From contig CAWALK010000025.1 in NCBI GenBank assembly GCA_963782915.1, positions 64,001 through 128,000 on the forward strand: 64,000 nt of DNA, given 5' to 3'. Below the pieces are notes generated by a model, which was given only the letters and a program-made list of their open reading frames with translations, did not search any database and had not been told where the DNA came from. Of the stretch, positions 1 to 10,389 are shown one piece after another (the stretch's first letter is position 1; each line of letters begins with the position of its first letter). This stretch comes from an uncultured archaeon. GTDB taxonomy: Archaea; Thermoproteota; Bathyarchaeia; Bathyarchaeales; Bathycorpusculaceae. A program made the position numbers and the translations under genes.

Positions 1-168
1 TTGTTGTTGAAATAAGAGGGGCCCACAGCAACAACTAACAAACAAAAAACAGTCCCGATTGTTAATCGCCAATCCAGATTATCTGTCAATTGTTTTACGC
101 ACAAGTCTTAATCCCTTTTCAGAGGCACTCTACTAACTAAACCGTTAACATGCAAAGAGGATACCCCA

Positions 169-999
169 TTGAGAAAAAGTCAACAAATACTCAGAAAGCT
201 TTGGCGATCAAAATATGCCATAGCTTTGCCTGTGACTTTTCTCATCCTCTTCGTATCCACACTTGGCATCGTCGCCGTCACCTATTACTTCTCAGTTGAA
301 CGCATCGGCGCACAAGGCACCACACTCAAAGTTTCCACCGCAAAACAAAACCTCCTCGCCCTAGACGACGCCGTTGTTTCGACGCTTTGGCAACCCGGCT
401 CATGCAGTACCTACGAGTTGAAGGATTCAGGCGGCAAACTCAACATTGAACCCCAAAACAACACCCTAACCGTAAGCATCAACGCCACCAGAAATCCAAG
501 ACACCCTCTACAACTCAACAGTCGGCAAAGTAGTCTACGAATTACCCTACTCAAGTTCATCACAGACAGGTCTCTACCTTAAAGGCGACGGCAGAACCAT
601 AGCCAACCAAAGCGGCCAATCCATGAGCCAAATCTGCATCGAAGACGGCGAAGAGCACCCGGAGATTCAGATGCGTTATCGGCCAAGCGTAACTTATGCA
701 GCCGCTGGGTTAGAGAACGGTAAAACAGTTAACAACATCCGCCTCTACATTGCCAACCTCAACACCTCAGATGCGCTCTCGCTGTATGGCATGTTGCCTC
801 TCCAAGTGTCCTGCAAAACAACCCAGCTAACCACACACACCTACACTGTATCCTCAGATGTCCAGAGTCTATTGGTCACAGCGGTTTTGGATGGCTCAAC
901 CGGAAGCGTATCCATCCCAATTTCAAGTACCGCCCAGGGCGCAGTAATCCATTGGAAACAGTCATCTGTAACGTAGCAATCGAGAGGTGGATCCGTTAA
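169..999 (+). CDS. Pilin-like secreted protein of Tad/T4P locus (split by apparent frameshifts near 490 and 950)
   Basis: Basic N-terminus RKLWRSKYA then a hydrophobic helix (class III signal peptide-like); ORFs 169-582 and 623-976 read as one protein ending at TAA 997-999, abutting the next GTG. Confidence 0.55.
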
Positions 1000-1444
1000 G
1001 TGCCCTCCATTATTCCGAGCTATGTCTACTCGATTTTCGCCGCGATAATTGTAGGCACAATCGTAGTGTACAGCTGCAGCGTTGCAACAGCAAACATGCG
1101 CTCAGACGCTAATAACCAGCAACTCATGCAACATCGAACAGTACGTTGCTGCACAGGGTCTAACATTGCTATCCCAGACCACCCAGGACAACATGAACAC
1201 CACACAATACCTGGATATTCCCTCCCAGATTGGAAACCAAAGATTCACCATATGCATAGCAAACGATTCGCAGAGCGCCTGGGTAGAATCCGGTTTCGGA
1301 GTCAACATAACCTCCCCTGATATGCATGTTGGGTTGCCTGCGAAGGTTGCAGCGTCAGGCAGCTTTGTAAGCGGTTCAGGAAGACCCCTGCTTCAATGCC
1401 ACTACGAGAACCAAATTGCAACATTAACATTAACACAAGAGTGA
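1000..1444 (+). CDS. Small pilin-like membrane-anchored protein (frameshift near 1127)
   Basis: N-terminal hydrophobic helix in ORF 1000-1320 continues in ORF 1082-1444; directly upstream of the secretion ATPase. Confidence 0.55.
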
Positions 1445-1451
1445 GTATGAA

Positions 1452-3032
1452 ATGCCGAAAATTGGAAAGAAAAAACAAGAAGAAATTCAAGTTAAGCTGG
1501 AAACTCCCGATGAAGAATTGATAGCGTACCTTGGCATTCAAGGGTTTCAGGTGCCGGAAGGCTACAGTCAAATTGAGAGTTACCCGCTTAATCCGCCGTT
1601 TTCTTACGCTTGGATTTTCCAAGATGACTCTGAAGGCAGCTTCTTCTATGTAGTTGACGAGTTACCAATGTCACGGGCTGAACGGGAATCTTACAAGCAA
1701 CTAAAAGGCATCTTGGAATTCGAATTAAAAGCTCCCCATTTAGATGAGACACTAATCGATTCTTTCCACAGGCAACTTCCACCAATCATGGATAACCACA
1801 AAGAAATTCTAGGCTCCACAAACGCCATTGGCGTACGAAAAATCAATTATTACCTAGAAAAAGACTTAATCGGATACGGAAAAATCGATGGTTTAATCCG
1901 TGACCCATTCATTGAAGACATAAGTTGCTTAGGCATAAACAAACCCGTCTACATTTACCACAGAAAATACTCTAACGCCCGAACAAACATCGTCTACACT
2001 GACGAAGAAGAACTCGATGACTTCATAACACGCATCGTTCACAGACAAGGCAAACACGTAAGCATCGCCCACCCCATCGTCGACTTAACCCTGCCCGGCA
2101 AACACCGTCTCGCAGTGTCTTTTGGAAAAGAAACCACCCCTGCAGGCAGCAGCTTCACCATCAGAAAATTCAAAGATGACCCCTTAACCATCGTCGATTT
2201 GATCCTAAACGAAACCATCGATGAATCCATCGCAGCGTATCTTTGGATGCTTATGGAAAACAAGATGTCCGTTATGGTTGTTGGACCCACAGGAGCCGGC
2301 AAAACCACCGCACTCAACGCCATCGCCTGCTTAGTACGCCCCGACTTCAAAATGATTTCGGTGGAAGAAGTTCAAGAAATCAATTTGCCCCAAGAAAACT
2401 GGGTATCAACCATCGCCAGAACCGGCTTCGGCGGAGACGGAGACGGCGAAGTCACACTCTACGACCTAATCAAATCAGCAGTACGACACCGCCCAACCTT
2501 GATCCTAGTAGGCGAAATCAGAGGAGAAGAAGCATACGTACTATTCCAGGCTTTGGCAACAGGTCACGGTGGCTTATGCACCATGCACGCCGACGACGTA
2601 GAAACAGTCGTTAAAAGATTAACTCAGCCACCCATGAACATTCCCCAAAACATCCTCTCACTAATGAACTGCGTAATCGTCGTAAAACAAGTCAAAAACA
2701 CCAGCTTTAACCCACATGAAAGAAAAGGCTCAAGCCGCAAATTCACCAAAATCGCCGAAATCGATAGCGGCGGCATGGCTCAAGAAGTCTTCAACTGGAA
2801 CCTCTCAACAGACACCTTCCAAAGCAAACTAGATAAAAGCTACCTATTCGCAAAAATCGCCAAAACAGTCGATGTCCCAGTTAGCGTTGTATTGCAAGAG
2901 TTTGAACGCCGCAAAAAGATTTTGCTAAGCATGGTGGAGCAGAACCTACGTGACTTCCGAAGCGTACACAAGGCATTAAACAGTTCATTAAACCTCGATG
3001 AATTAAACAAAGCAGCCGCCGAGGTACAATAA
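1452..3032 (+). CDS. Type II/IV secretion system ATPase (TadA/CpaF/FlaI family)
   Basis: Walker A GPTGAGKTT, Asp box SVEEVQEI, Walker B ILVGEIRGEE, His box TGHGGLCTMHA. Confidence 0.95.
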   Translation: MPKIGKKKQEEIQVKLETPDEELIAYLGIQGFQVPEGYSQIESYPLNPPFSYAWIFQDDSEGSFFYVVDELPMSRAERESYKQLKGILEFELKAPHLDETLIDSFHRQLPPIMDNHKEILGSTNAIGVRKINYYLEKDLIGYGKIDGLIRDPFIEDISCLGINKPVYIYHRKYSNARTNIVYTDEEELDDFITRIVHRQGKHVSIAHPIVDLTLPGKHRLAVSFGKETTPAGSSFTIRKFKDDPLTIVDLILNETIDESIAAYLWMLMENKMSVMVVGPTGAGKTTALNAIACLVRPDFKMISVEEVQEINLPQENWVSTIARTGFGGDGDGEVTLYDLIKSAVRHRPTLILVGEIRGEEAYVLFQALATGHGGLCTMHADDVETVVKRLTQPPMNIPQNILSLMNCVIVVKQVKNTSFNPHERKGSSRKFTKIAEIDSGGMAQEVFNWNLSTDTFQSKLDKSYLFAKIAKTVDVPVSVVLQEFERRKKILLSMVEQNLRDFRSVHKALNSSLNLDELNKAAAEVQ

Positions 3033-3035
3033 TAG

Positions 3036-4584
3036 ATGAAAGCTAAAGGCGGTCCCTTAGGCAAAATCTTCGGTTTCCTCAACACAGCATCTAGCGAAGA
3101 GAGAGAGAAAACCGAGACAGAGTTGCCTTTCGCAGTCATGATTTTCACTTTGATGGCTGCAAGCGGGATTTCGCCTTATGATAGCTGGAAGAAAATGCGT
3201 AAGATGACTTTTCTGCCCTTCTTCAAGAAGGAAGCAGATGAAGTCATACGACAAGTTGAGGTCCTCGGAAAGGATCCACTGACCGTTATGATTCAGCGAG
3301 CCGAAGAAACGTCGTCAAAGTTGTACCGTAACTTTCTTGGCGGCTTCGTGTCTTCGGTACGAAGCGGAGGCAAATTAGTCGATTACATGAAAAGCCAGCT
3401 TAAATCAATCTTTGAATTACGCTACATCAACCTTAACCGCTCAATCGATAAAATCGCTGCGTTGGTTGAAGCCTACTCAGTCATGCTCATCGTAGTATTG
3501 TGCGTTTACATACTCTTCGTTATCTTTTCGTCCTCAAGCGTTATGGATTTGCTTGCCAGCACTTCCATCTCGATTTCGCCAAGCATCTCCTACATCATAG
3601 CTTTCGTAGCCATGCCGGTTATGTCTTGTATTTTCATCCTCATGGCGCATAACATGCAGAAAAGCGCTTTCCCAAACCTAAAAGACGTCTACAAAAAAGC
3701 AATCATCTTCATAGTTCCCGCATTCGTAGTCATCGGCGTTTTCGGCATGATTGGTTCACTCACCGAAGCAATTAAACCACTTGGGCTTCCAGAAATCGCT
3801 ACCATCGCCCTCGTTGGCTCAACAATACCCGGTGCCATACAATACTATCGTATATCAAAAATCAACTATAACGCTGAAGAATCCATCCCCAGCTTCATCC
3901 GAGATATAACGGAATCCCAAAAAACTGGTCTTTCACCCGAAAAAAGCATAGTGCAAGCTACAAAACGCAAGGGTTATGGGTCATTCACAAAGTTTCTAGA
4001 TTTGATTCGAAGCCAAATAGAGTGGGGTATACCGCTTAGGAAAACTTTTGAAAACCTCCAAAAGGAAATCCGAAGCTGGTTTGTCGTCGTAAACTTTGCC
4101 ATGATGGTTGAAACCCTTGAAATCGGCGGCAACTCTATTCAATCACTTGAAATTCTCTCTGAATACAGCGAAAAAGAACGCGAAATACAAATCAACCGCC
4201 GAACACTCCTCAAGCCCTATATTATTTTGGCTTTCATGTGGAGCGCCTTAATCGCTGTTACAACAACAATCGTTGCCCTAACTACTACTATGATGACTGG
4301 CATGGTTAGTACTGATATCTCCGCAATGGCTACGATGGCTATGCAGAGATCAACTCCAAGTCTTCTCAGTCGGAATCATTATTCAATGCTGGATTTCAGG
4401 GTTCTTTATTGGAAAAATAAGCGAAGGGAACTTTGGAGCAGGCTTTAGAAACGCAGCTATGCTTGCAGCAACCGCATATCTGTCATTGGTGCTCTCGCAA
4501 TATCTACTGCAGGGAACATTCACTATGATTACGCCGCCAACCAGTAGTGGAGGGTCTCCCATAACTGCCTTCCAGTTCCTTTGA
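3036..4584 (+). CDS. Type II secretion system F family (TadB/TadC/FlaJ-like) membrane platform protein; frameshift near 4345, end approximate
   Basis: Two T2SSF-like repeats (ELPFAVMIFTLMAASGISP; SIPSFIRDITESQKTGLSP) and multiple TM helices; C-terminal ISGFFIGKISEGNFGAG lies in the shifted frame. Confidence 0.85.
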
Positions 4585-5602
4585 TACCTTCTTTGCTTGT
4601 ACCATCATCGTAGCAGCGGCGCTCATAGCTACGGCTTTTTTGGGCACAACCCTGCAGGCTAGAATCGCTAGCACAGATGATGTCAACAAGGATAGTTACC
4701 TCACAGCTATAGCTGACCGCATAGTAACCTACCCAGGAAGCCCCAACGATTGGGGAAAACGCCAAGATGTGCCCCAAGATTTCGGTTTAGCCGCCAGTGC
4801 ATCAAATGGCGCAAACGAGTTGGATATAGATAAGATCAGTCGGCTTAGCAGCCAAAACAGGTATGCATTAGGGTATGTTGAGTTGGTAAATGCTGCTCAA
4901 CTAAACGATATGGCTTTGGGAATCACGGTTTCACAGGTTATGACCCTCACTATTGAGCAATCCAGTAGTCATACCGTTGGCAGCGAAACCTATTCTACAG
5001 TGCATGTTTGGTCGAGCATTAACTCAAAGCCAACCGGCGCGAATTTGCATTGTTATCTTATTGCGGATAATTATGTAGATAACCTTACTGCGGTGATCCC
5101 TGAGTCAGGAACCTATACCTTAACTGTGCATCTTCCCAGCGCACTAGTTGATGATGCTTTGCTTGTAGTGTTTGCGAGGGCACCCTTTGATGACAGAATT
5201 ACCTCATACGCAACCTATAACTTATCGAGTGGAATCCAGCAAACAACACCCAACGGCACAACCCTATCAATGAGCCCACAGGATTATACACTTAGTTTCA
5301 ACCAATCAAGCGTCACAATTGGAAACGTTTACGCCTTAACCTATTCTTACATGCAAAACGTAACCTCAATCCAAACCTCAACTTGCGCAATCCCCAGATT
5401 AATCGATAACAGCCCATTTGTTCTGGTTGCCTGTGCAGGGAACGGCGCCAATTATGTCGAAGAGTGGACAGCTTATCCCCAAGTTCCCCTAAACGCGGGT
5501 TCCAGTTTTGAAGGTTCAGAACGCAATGTCTTCAGTTACTTAGTTACCGTTGATGGGGTGCTCTATCGGCTTGAGGTAAGCTTGGGAGATGTTAACCATT
5601 GA
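4565..5602 (+). CDS. Secreted/pilin-like protein of Tad/T4P locus
   Basis: Frame open from CTG 4565 (LPSSSFDTFFACTIIVAAALIATAF hydrophobic helix) into ORF 4640-5602; overlaps next gene by 4 nt. Confidence 0.65.
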   Translation: MPSSSFDTFFACTIIVAAALIATAFLGTTLQARIASTDDVNKDSYLTAIADRIVTYPGSPNDWGKRQDVPQDFGLAASASNGANELDIDKISRLSSQNRYALGYVELVNAAQLNDMALGITVSQVMTLTIEQSSSHTVGSETYSTVHVWSSINSKPTGANLHCYLIADNYVDNLTAVIPESGTYTLTVHLPSALVDDALLVVFARAPFDDRITSYATYNLSSGIQQTTPNGTTLSMSPQDYTLSFNQSSVTIGNVYALTYSYMQNVTSIQTSTCAIPRLIDNSPFVLVACAGNGANYVEEWTAYPQVPLNAGSSFEGSERNVFSYLVTVDGVLYRLEVSLGDVNH

Positions 5603-6024
5603 GGCGACTAATTAAAGACCAGAAGGGGCAAGTGCGCGTGATAGAAGCCTTCTTTGCTTCGATGCTGATTCTGTCCTGTTTGACGCTTATTCCAGCCCAA
5701 ACAACGGTGGATAGTCCTGATGACAACTTGGCATCTAAAGCTGAGAATGTCCTTGTAAGCCTTGATGGCAACGGGCAGTTAGGGCGGCTTATTGATAGCC
5801 GTGATTGGGTTGGGCTTGGCAATTGCTTGGAATCTGCTTTACCGCTTATGCTGTGGTTTAACTTAACAGTTTACGATGCAGATCAAAACTGCCTAAACTC
5901 CTATCCGATATGTAATGGCGGCGCTGTTAGCAACGAGGTTTCATCAATTACCTATGTTTGTGCCAGCCAAAACAGTACGTTTGCTGTGTATGTTTTGCAG
6001 TTGCAGCTGGCGAGGGTGGACTAA
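5599..6024 (+). CDS. Archaeal pilin-like protein with class III signal peptide
   Basis: KDQKG|QVRVIEAFFASMLILSCL processing motif plus hydrophobic stretch. Confidence 0.75.
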   Translation: MRRLIKDQKGQVRVIEAFFASMLILSCLTLIPAQTTVDSPDDNLASKAENVLVSLDGNGQLGRLIDSRDWVGLGNCLESALPLMLWFNLTVYDADQNCLNSYPICNGGAVSNEVSSITYVCASQNSTFAVYVLQLQLARVD

Positions 6025-6025
6025 A

Positions 6026-6829
6026 ATGGCTCGTCGAAGTTTTAGGCGTGACTGTCGCGGCCAAGTTATCATTGTTAGCGCCTTGTTGGTGGCTTTGATT
6101 TTGCTTTCAACCGCAATCTATGTTATCGATATCCAAAAAGATGTGCCCATGGTCGAGACTGAAAATAGCGGCGGCTCAGTCAACGCGTATAAATCAAGTG
6201 TCAGGAATGCCTTGATTAGTGCTTTGGCAAACGTTACTGGTGGCGGCAGCTCAGCGATTTTAACATCTGATTTGGCGGAATTGAAGGCTGCTATTCTTGA
6301 GCATTCTTACCAATCCCTTACGCGGATGGATTATACTCTGCGGGACGGCGGCGTCTATTCGGATGGGGTTTGGGTTTCATGGGGCAACAGCGGCGATGGA
6401 GTGTCGAGTGCATATGTTTCCGTAACGATTAGTTCTAAAAGTTCCTCTGGCGGCTCAGAGGTGGCATATGCATTGAATGTGACGTCCCGTGTGCATGTAA
6501 GCGGCAGCTATGTGCAGCTTAATGAAACGCATAAGCAAGTCAATTTAACAGTGAACTATTACAGTGAATCAGGCGATGCGTTAGCACAAAACTTGGTTTT
6601 CAGCTACCAAAACGCTTCCAGTTGGGTAGCTGCAGAATCGCCCACAATAATCAACTATGGAAACGGCACATACACAGCCTCTTTCTATGCACAAACCAGC
6701 CAAGTTAGTGAGCCGTTGGATGTTTCAACATTATGTTTAGACACGAGAGGTATATCTGTAGGAGCAAACTTGACATGCAGTACGCATAACGTAATAGACA
6801 CTTTACTGGCAGGTTGGTTTGATGAATAA
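6026..6829 (+). CDS. Archaeal pilin-like protein with class III signal peptide
   Basis: ATG 6026; MARRSFRRDCRG|QVIIVSALLVALILL motif. Confidence 0.75.
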   Translation: MARRSFRRDCRGQVIIVSALLVALILLSTAIYVIDIQKDVPMVETENSGGSVNAYKSSVRNALISALANVTGGGSSAILTSDLAELKAAILEHSYQSLTRMDYTLRDGGVYSDGVWVSWGNSGDGVSSAYVSVTISSKSSSGGSEVAYALNVTSRVHVSGSYVQLNETHKQVNLTVNYYSESGDALAQNLVFSYQNASSWVAAESPTIINYGNGTYTASFYAQTSQVSEPLDVSTLCLDTRGISVGANLTCSTHNVIDTLLAGWFDE

Positions 6830-8144
6830 ATCCATTAAAGCTATAGTTGCGTTGATGATTGTTGCGATAGTTTTAACCATCGTTAGCATGGCGCAGACGT
6901 CTCAGCCTCTGAGTGTGGATGATGGTTCATTTTTGACTGTGTCTGAAGGCAAAGCTGTTTGGGCTCAAGCTTACGGTGGCTCAGCAGATGACCGCGCATT
7001 ATATGCCTTGCCGGTAGGCGATGGGTTTTTGGTTGTTGGTTCAACCCGCTCAGTTGTGAATGCAACGGTCGGGTGGGCTCTAATGCTTGACAGCCAAGGC
7101 AACCAACTTTGGAATCGTACTTATCTTGATGGGGCAGGAACCGAAATCCGCTGTGTAGCCAACACAAGCGATGGTTATTTGCTGGTTGGGAACCAGTTTG
7201 CGGCTTCCGGCGACATCAACGGCTACGTTGCAAAAGTTGACTTAGCGGGTGCCGTGGTTTGGCAAACAGTTGTCGGCGGCACAAAAATCGACAAACTCTT
7301 TAGCGGCGTCGTTGCAAGTGACGGGTTTGTTGTTTGCGGCTTAAGCTACTCCTATGGCAGCGGTGATGCGGAGTCTTGGGCAGTGAAACTGGATGGCAAG
7401 GGCGTAGTGGTTTGGAATAATGTTTACGGCGGCTACGTTGACGCTGCATTACGCTCAGCTGTGGTCGCTTCGGATGGCGGCTTCATTACGGCAGGTTATG
7501 TGGATGAGGGCGAGGGCAACTATGATTTTTACCTCCTAAAACTCGCCGATGATGGTAGCCGCGTATGGAATCACACTTACGGCGGATTTGACAGCGAGAA
7601 AGCTTACTCTATCACCCGAGCCCAGAACGGCTACGTAGTTGTGGGTGACGCGGCTTCAACCGCAACCAATACAGACGCTTGGGTCCTCAAAGTAGATTCT
7701 CAAGGCGCTCAGGTGTGGAGTAAAACGGTAGGGGGAAACAGCGCTGATTCAGCAGCCTACGTCACAGCCGCCAAATCCGGAGGCTACCTAATCTGCGGCT
7801 TCACATTCTCATTCGGCGAGGGCCAAAGGGATTTCTGGCTATTTAACATAAGCGAAGAAGGACAAGTAGGATTCAGCTGTACATTTGGTAACTCTGCATT
7901 CCAGGAAGCCTACGCCGTCATCGATGCAGGCGCAGGCGAATATGTCTTGGTTGGTTGGACTGATCCATTGGGGCAGCCTGAGTTGGTCGGCCGCGCCACC
8001 TACGACTTCTATGTAGTAAAACTTAGTCAAGGCGAAGTTGCCAGTAGTTTCTCTACGGTAACCCTAGTTTTGACTTTGGTTATCTTTGCGCTTTTAGCGG
8101 TAATTTTGGTTTTGCTGTTTCGGATGCGGGGAAACAAAAAATAG
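6819..8144 (+). CDS. Secreted beta-propeller repeat protein with C-terminal membrane anchor
   Basis: Signal peptide; repeated LD/VDxxGxxxWxxxYGG units; C-terminal TM with basic tail. Confidence 0.8.
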   Translation: MMNKSIKAIVALMIVAIVLTIVSMAQTSQPLSVDDGSFLTVSEGKAVWAQAYGGSADDRALYALPVGDGFLVVGSTRSVVNATVGWALMLDSQGNQLWNRTYLDGAGTEIRCVANTSDGYLLVGNQFAASGDINGYVAKVDLAGAVVWQTVVGGTKIDKLFSGVVASDGFVVCGLSYSYGSGDAESWAVKLDGKGVVVWNNVYGGYVDAALRSAVVASDGGFITAGYVDEGEGNYDFYLLKLADDGSRVWNHTYGGFDSEKAYSITRAQNGYVVVGDAASTATNTDAWVLKVDSQGAQVWSKTVGGNSADSAAYVTAAKSGGYLICGFTFSFGEGQRDFWLFNISEEGQVGFSCTFGNSAFQEAYAVIDAGAGEYVLVGWTDPLGQPELVGRATYDFYVVKLSQGEVASSFSTVTLVLTLVIFALLAVILVLLFRMRGNKK

Positions 8145-8182
8145 TTCAGCCAAAAAGGCTGTTTTTAGCCCAAAAGGGCTGT

Positions 8183-9065
8183 TTATTCTTCTGTTAGTTT
8201 GGAGAAGAGAATTTGCAATGTGTTTACGAGTGCTTTGTAGTTGGTCCAAATTGCTGCGGTGCGGAACTTCTTTTTAACGTCGTCTGTGTCGTCGTTGTCT
8301 TTTTCGTGGAATGTGATTAGGACTTCTTTTTTGTCTGCGATCATGAAGCATGGTAAGTTTTCTTCGTTGTTGCTGATTCGGTGTTGGCCGCTTAGCCAGG
8401 TCATTTCGCCTAGGAAGTATGCACTTTTGAGGCTGGTGTCTGTGATGACTGTTACGTTGACTTTGTCTGCTTGGGTTTTGAGTTTGTCGCTGAAGTCGTT
8501 GTAGTAGAGTTCGCTGAGGTAGTCTGCGGATGCGTAGATTTGGAAGGTTTCTACGCTGCGTTCGAGGAGTTCGTTGGCTTTCATCAGCACCTGTTGTTCG
8601 CCTTCTAGCATTTGGAAGAGTTCTTTTTTGGCGGTTTCCTGTTTTGCTTGGGGCATAGATTGCCAGAGTTCGACGAGGCTTGGTTTTTCTTGTTCGAGTA
8701 GTTTGATTTTGATTTTCTGTGCGTCAACGAGTAAGTCGATGGCTTTGTCTAGGGCTACTGCGGTGAATTTGAGTGGTTTTTCGAAGATTGAAAATACGAT
8801 GCCTTTCTTTTCTAGGTCGCGTAGGATGCGGTAGGTTTCTGTGCGGTGCAGTGCGATGGCTTCTGCGATTTCGCCGGCTTTCTTTTCGCCTGCGCGGGCA
8901 AGGTAGAGATATACACGGATCTCGTTTTTGAGTAGCCCAAATCTTGCGAGTGTTTCCTCGATTGATGCTAACTGCTTGACTACTGTTTGGTCTTTCTTGA
9001 CAAGTTTGTAACCATCCGATTGCTTGTTGTAGACCTTCATCACGTTTTCCATTGCAAGTGCCATA
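8183..9065 (-). CDS. TrmB family transcriptional regulator
   Basis: FGLLKNEIRVYLYL...AGEIAEAIALHRTETYRILRDLEKKG HTH plus C-terminal effector-like domain; start approximate. Confidence 0.85.
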
Positions 9066-9137
9066 TAGATTAAATCCTGTTTGGGGGTATTGCATCTCAA
9101 TTTAGACTGTTAATATATAATATCGTTGCGACTTAGC

Positions 9138-9160
9138 AATATGAATTGGTAATTCATATT
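9138..9160. promoter_or_regulatory. Perfect palindrome, candidate operator upstream of the TrmB gene
   Basis: AATATGAATT-GGT-AATTCATATT, about 20 bp upstream of a minus-strand TTATATA box (9114-9120). Confidence 0.5.
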
Positions 9161-9656
9161 CGAAATATCGTTTATTTGCATGATTAAATATTGCAAATGA
9201 AATAAGTTAGCGTTTGAAATGTTGAATGCTGTACAGTTTGGTGTTTGACCAATCCTGACACACAGAACTGTTTGTCACCGACCACACACCTACAACCATT
9301 AAAGCAGTAAGCCCCCGCAGGACAATTTCTCTGATAAATCTAACCTTGATAGGAATATTTCGCCAATTTGCTCTGCAAACGTGCCATCAAGCATTAAAAT
9401 AACAGAAAAACACATTGAGTAACTGGGGATAGTCAGATTTTGAGTAATAATAATGAAGGATACAAAAAACAACATAAAACCTCAAAACAGAACAAGCCCG
9501 ATATAACCGCCAAACTCTCACGTGTTAACCTAGACGAACAAACAAATAAGGGCCAACAATGTTTAAACGCTCTAACAAAACAATCAACAAGTAAATTGCC
9601 CGACGGAAAAGACCACAGCTAACAAAGCGGTTGATACATCAAAAAAGAGATTATCA

Positions 9657-10049
9657 TTAGGCCTCTGTCTGTATCGGTAATTGAATTATGAATTTTGTAC
9701 CCATTCCTTCTTTACTTTCAAAACCGATAGTTCCATTTAATGCTTCTATTAACCGTTTTACAACGGCTAATCCCAACCCTTGACCTTTAGCTTTGGTTGT
9801 TGTCATCGGCGTAAATAGCCTATTTTTAACTTCTTCAGGGATACCCATACCCGTGTCAGAAACAGTAATGTAAACTTGGGTTTCACTATGGTAGCATGCT
9901 ACGCCCAATCTTCCTCCATCTGGCATGGCTTGAATTGCGTTAGTAACTAGATTTGTTAGTGCTCGTCTGATAAACAGCGGGTCAGTTTTTAGTGGTGGGC
10001 AGTTATTTACTTCGATTGAAAGTTTTATTGACACTAGCTCCTCTGCCAT
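9657..10049 (-). CDS. Isolated histidine-kinase-type ATPase (HATPase_c) domain, probably truncated
   Basis: N box NLVTNAIQA, G1 DTGMGI, G2 GQGLGL; no HisKA or sensor domain. Confidence 0.75.
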   Translation of the reverse strand: MAEELVSIKLSIEVNNCPPLKTDPLFIRRALTNLVTNAIQAMPDGGRLGVACYHSETQVYITVSDTGMGIPEEVKNRLFTPMTTTKAKGQGLGLAVVKRLIEALNGTIGFESKEGMGTKFIIQLPIQTEA

Positions 10050-10389
10050 GTTCTATATGTGATAAATAAACGCTAACTTTAGTGCATAAGAAAAATAGCC
10101 ATTAATTGATAGGTAAGGGCAGGCCTAAAATATTGGATTTATTAACTTCTAATTTTTCGCCTTTGTTGTTGTTGGTTGAAATCACAAGCTTTTAAATTAC
10201 CTATTGACCCTCAAATTGAATGAGGTCGTTAACATTTTATTATTTTTAACTCTAAGAAGACAGCGTAGCATACATCCTCAGCTTTTTTCACTTAGGAGTT
10301 TTTCCCTGTAAAATCCTATTGTAGAGTAGATAGATAGCAGTTAGAAGCGAGCCGATTCATGAGTTGTTTAAGAGAAAAACAAAGAATAT

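Noticed and set aside
9440-9622. 60-aa ORF between the TrmB and HATPase genes
   Set aside because: Low-complexity A-rich sequence with no motif support
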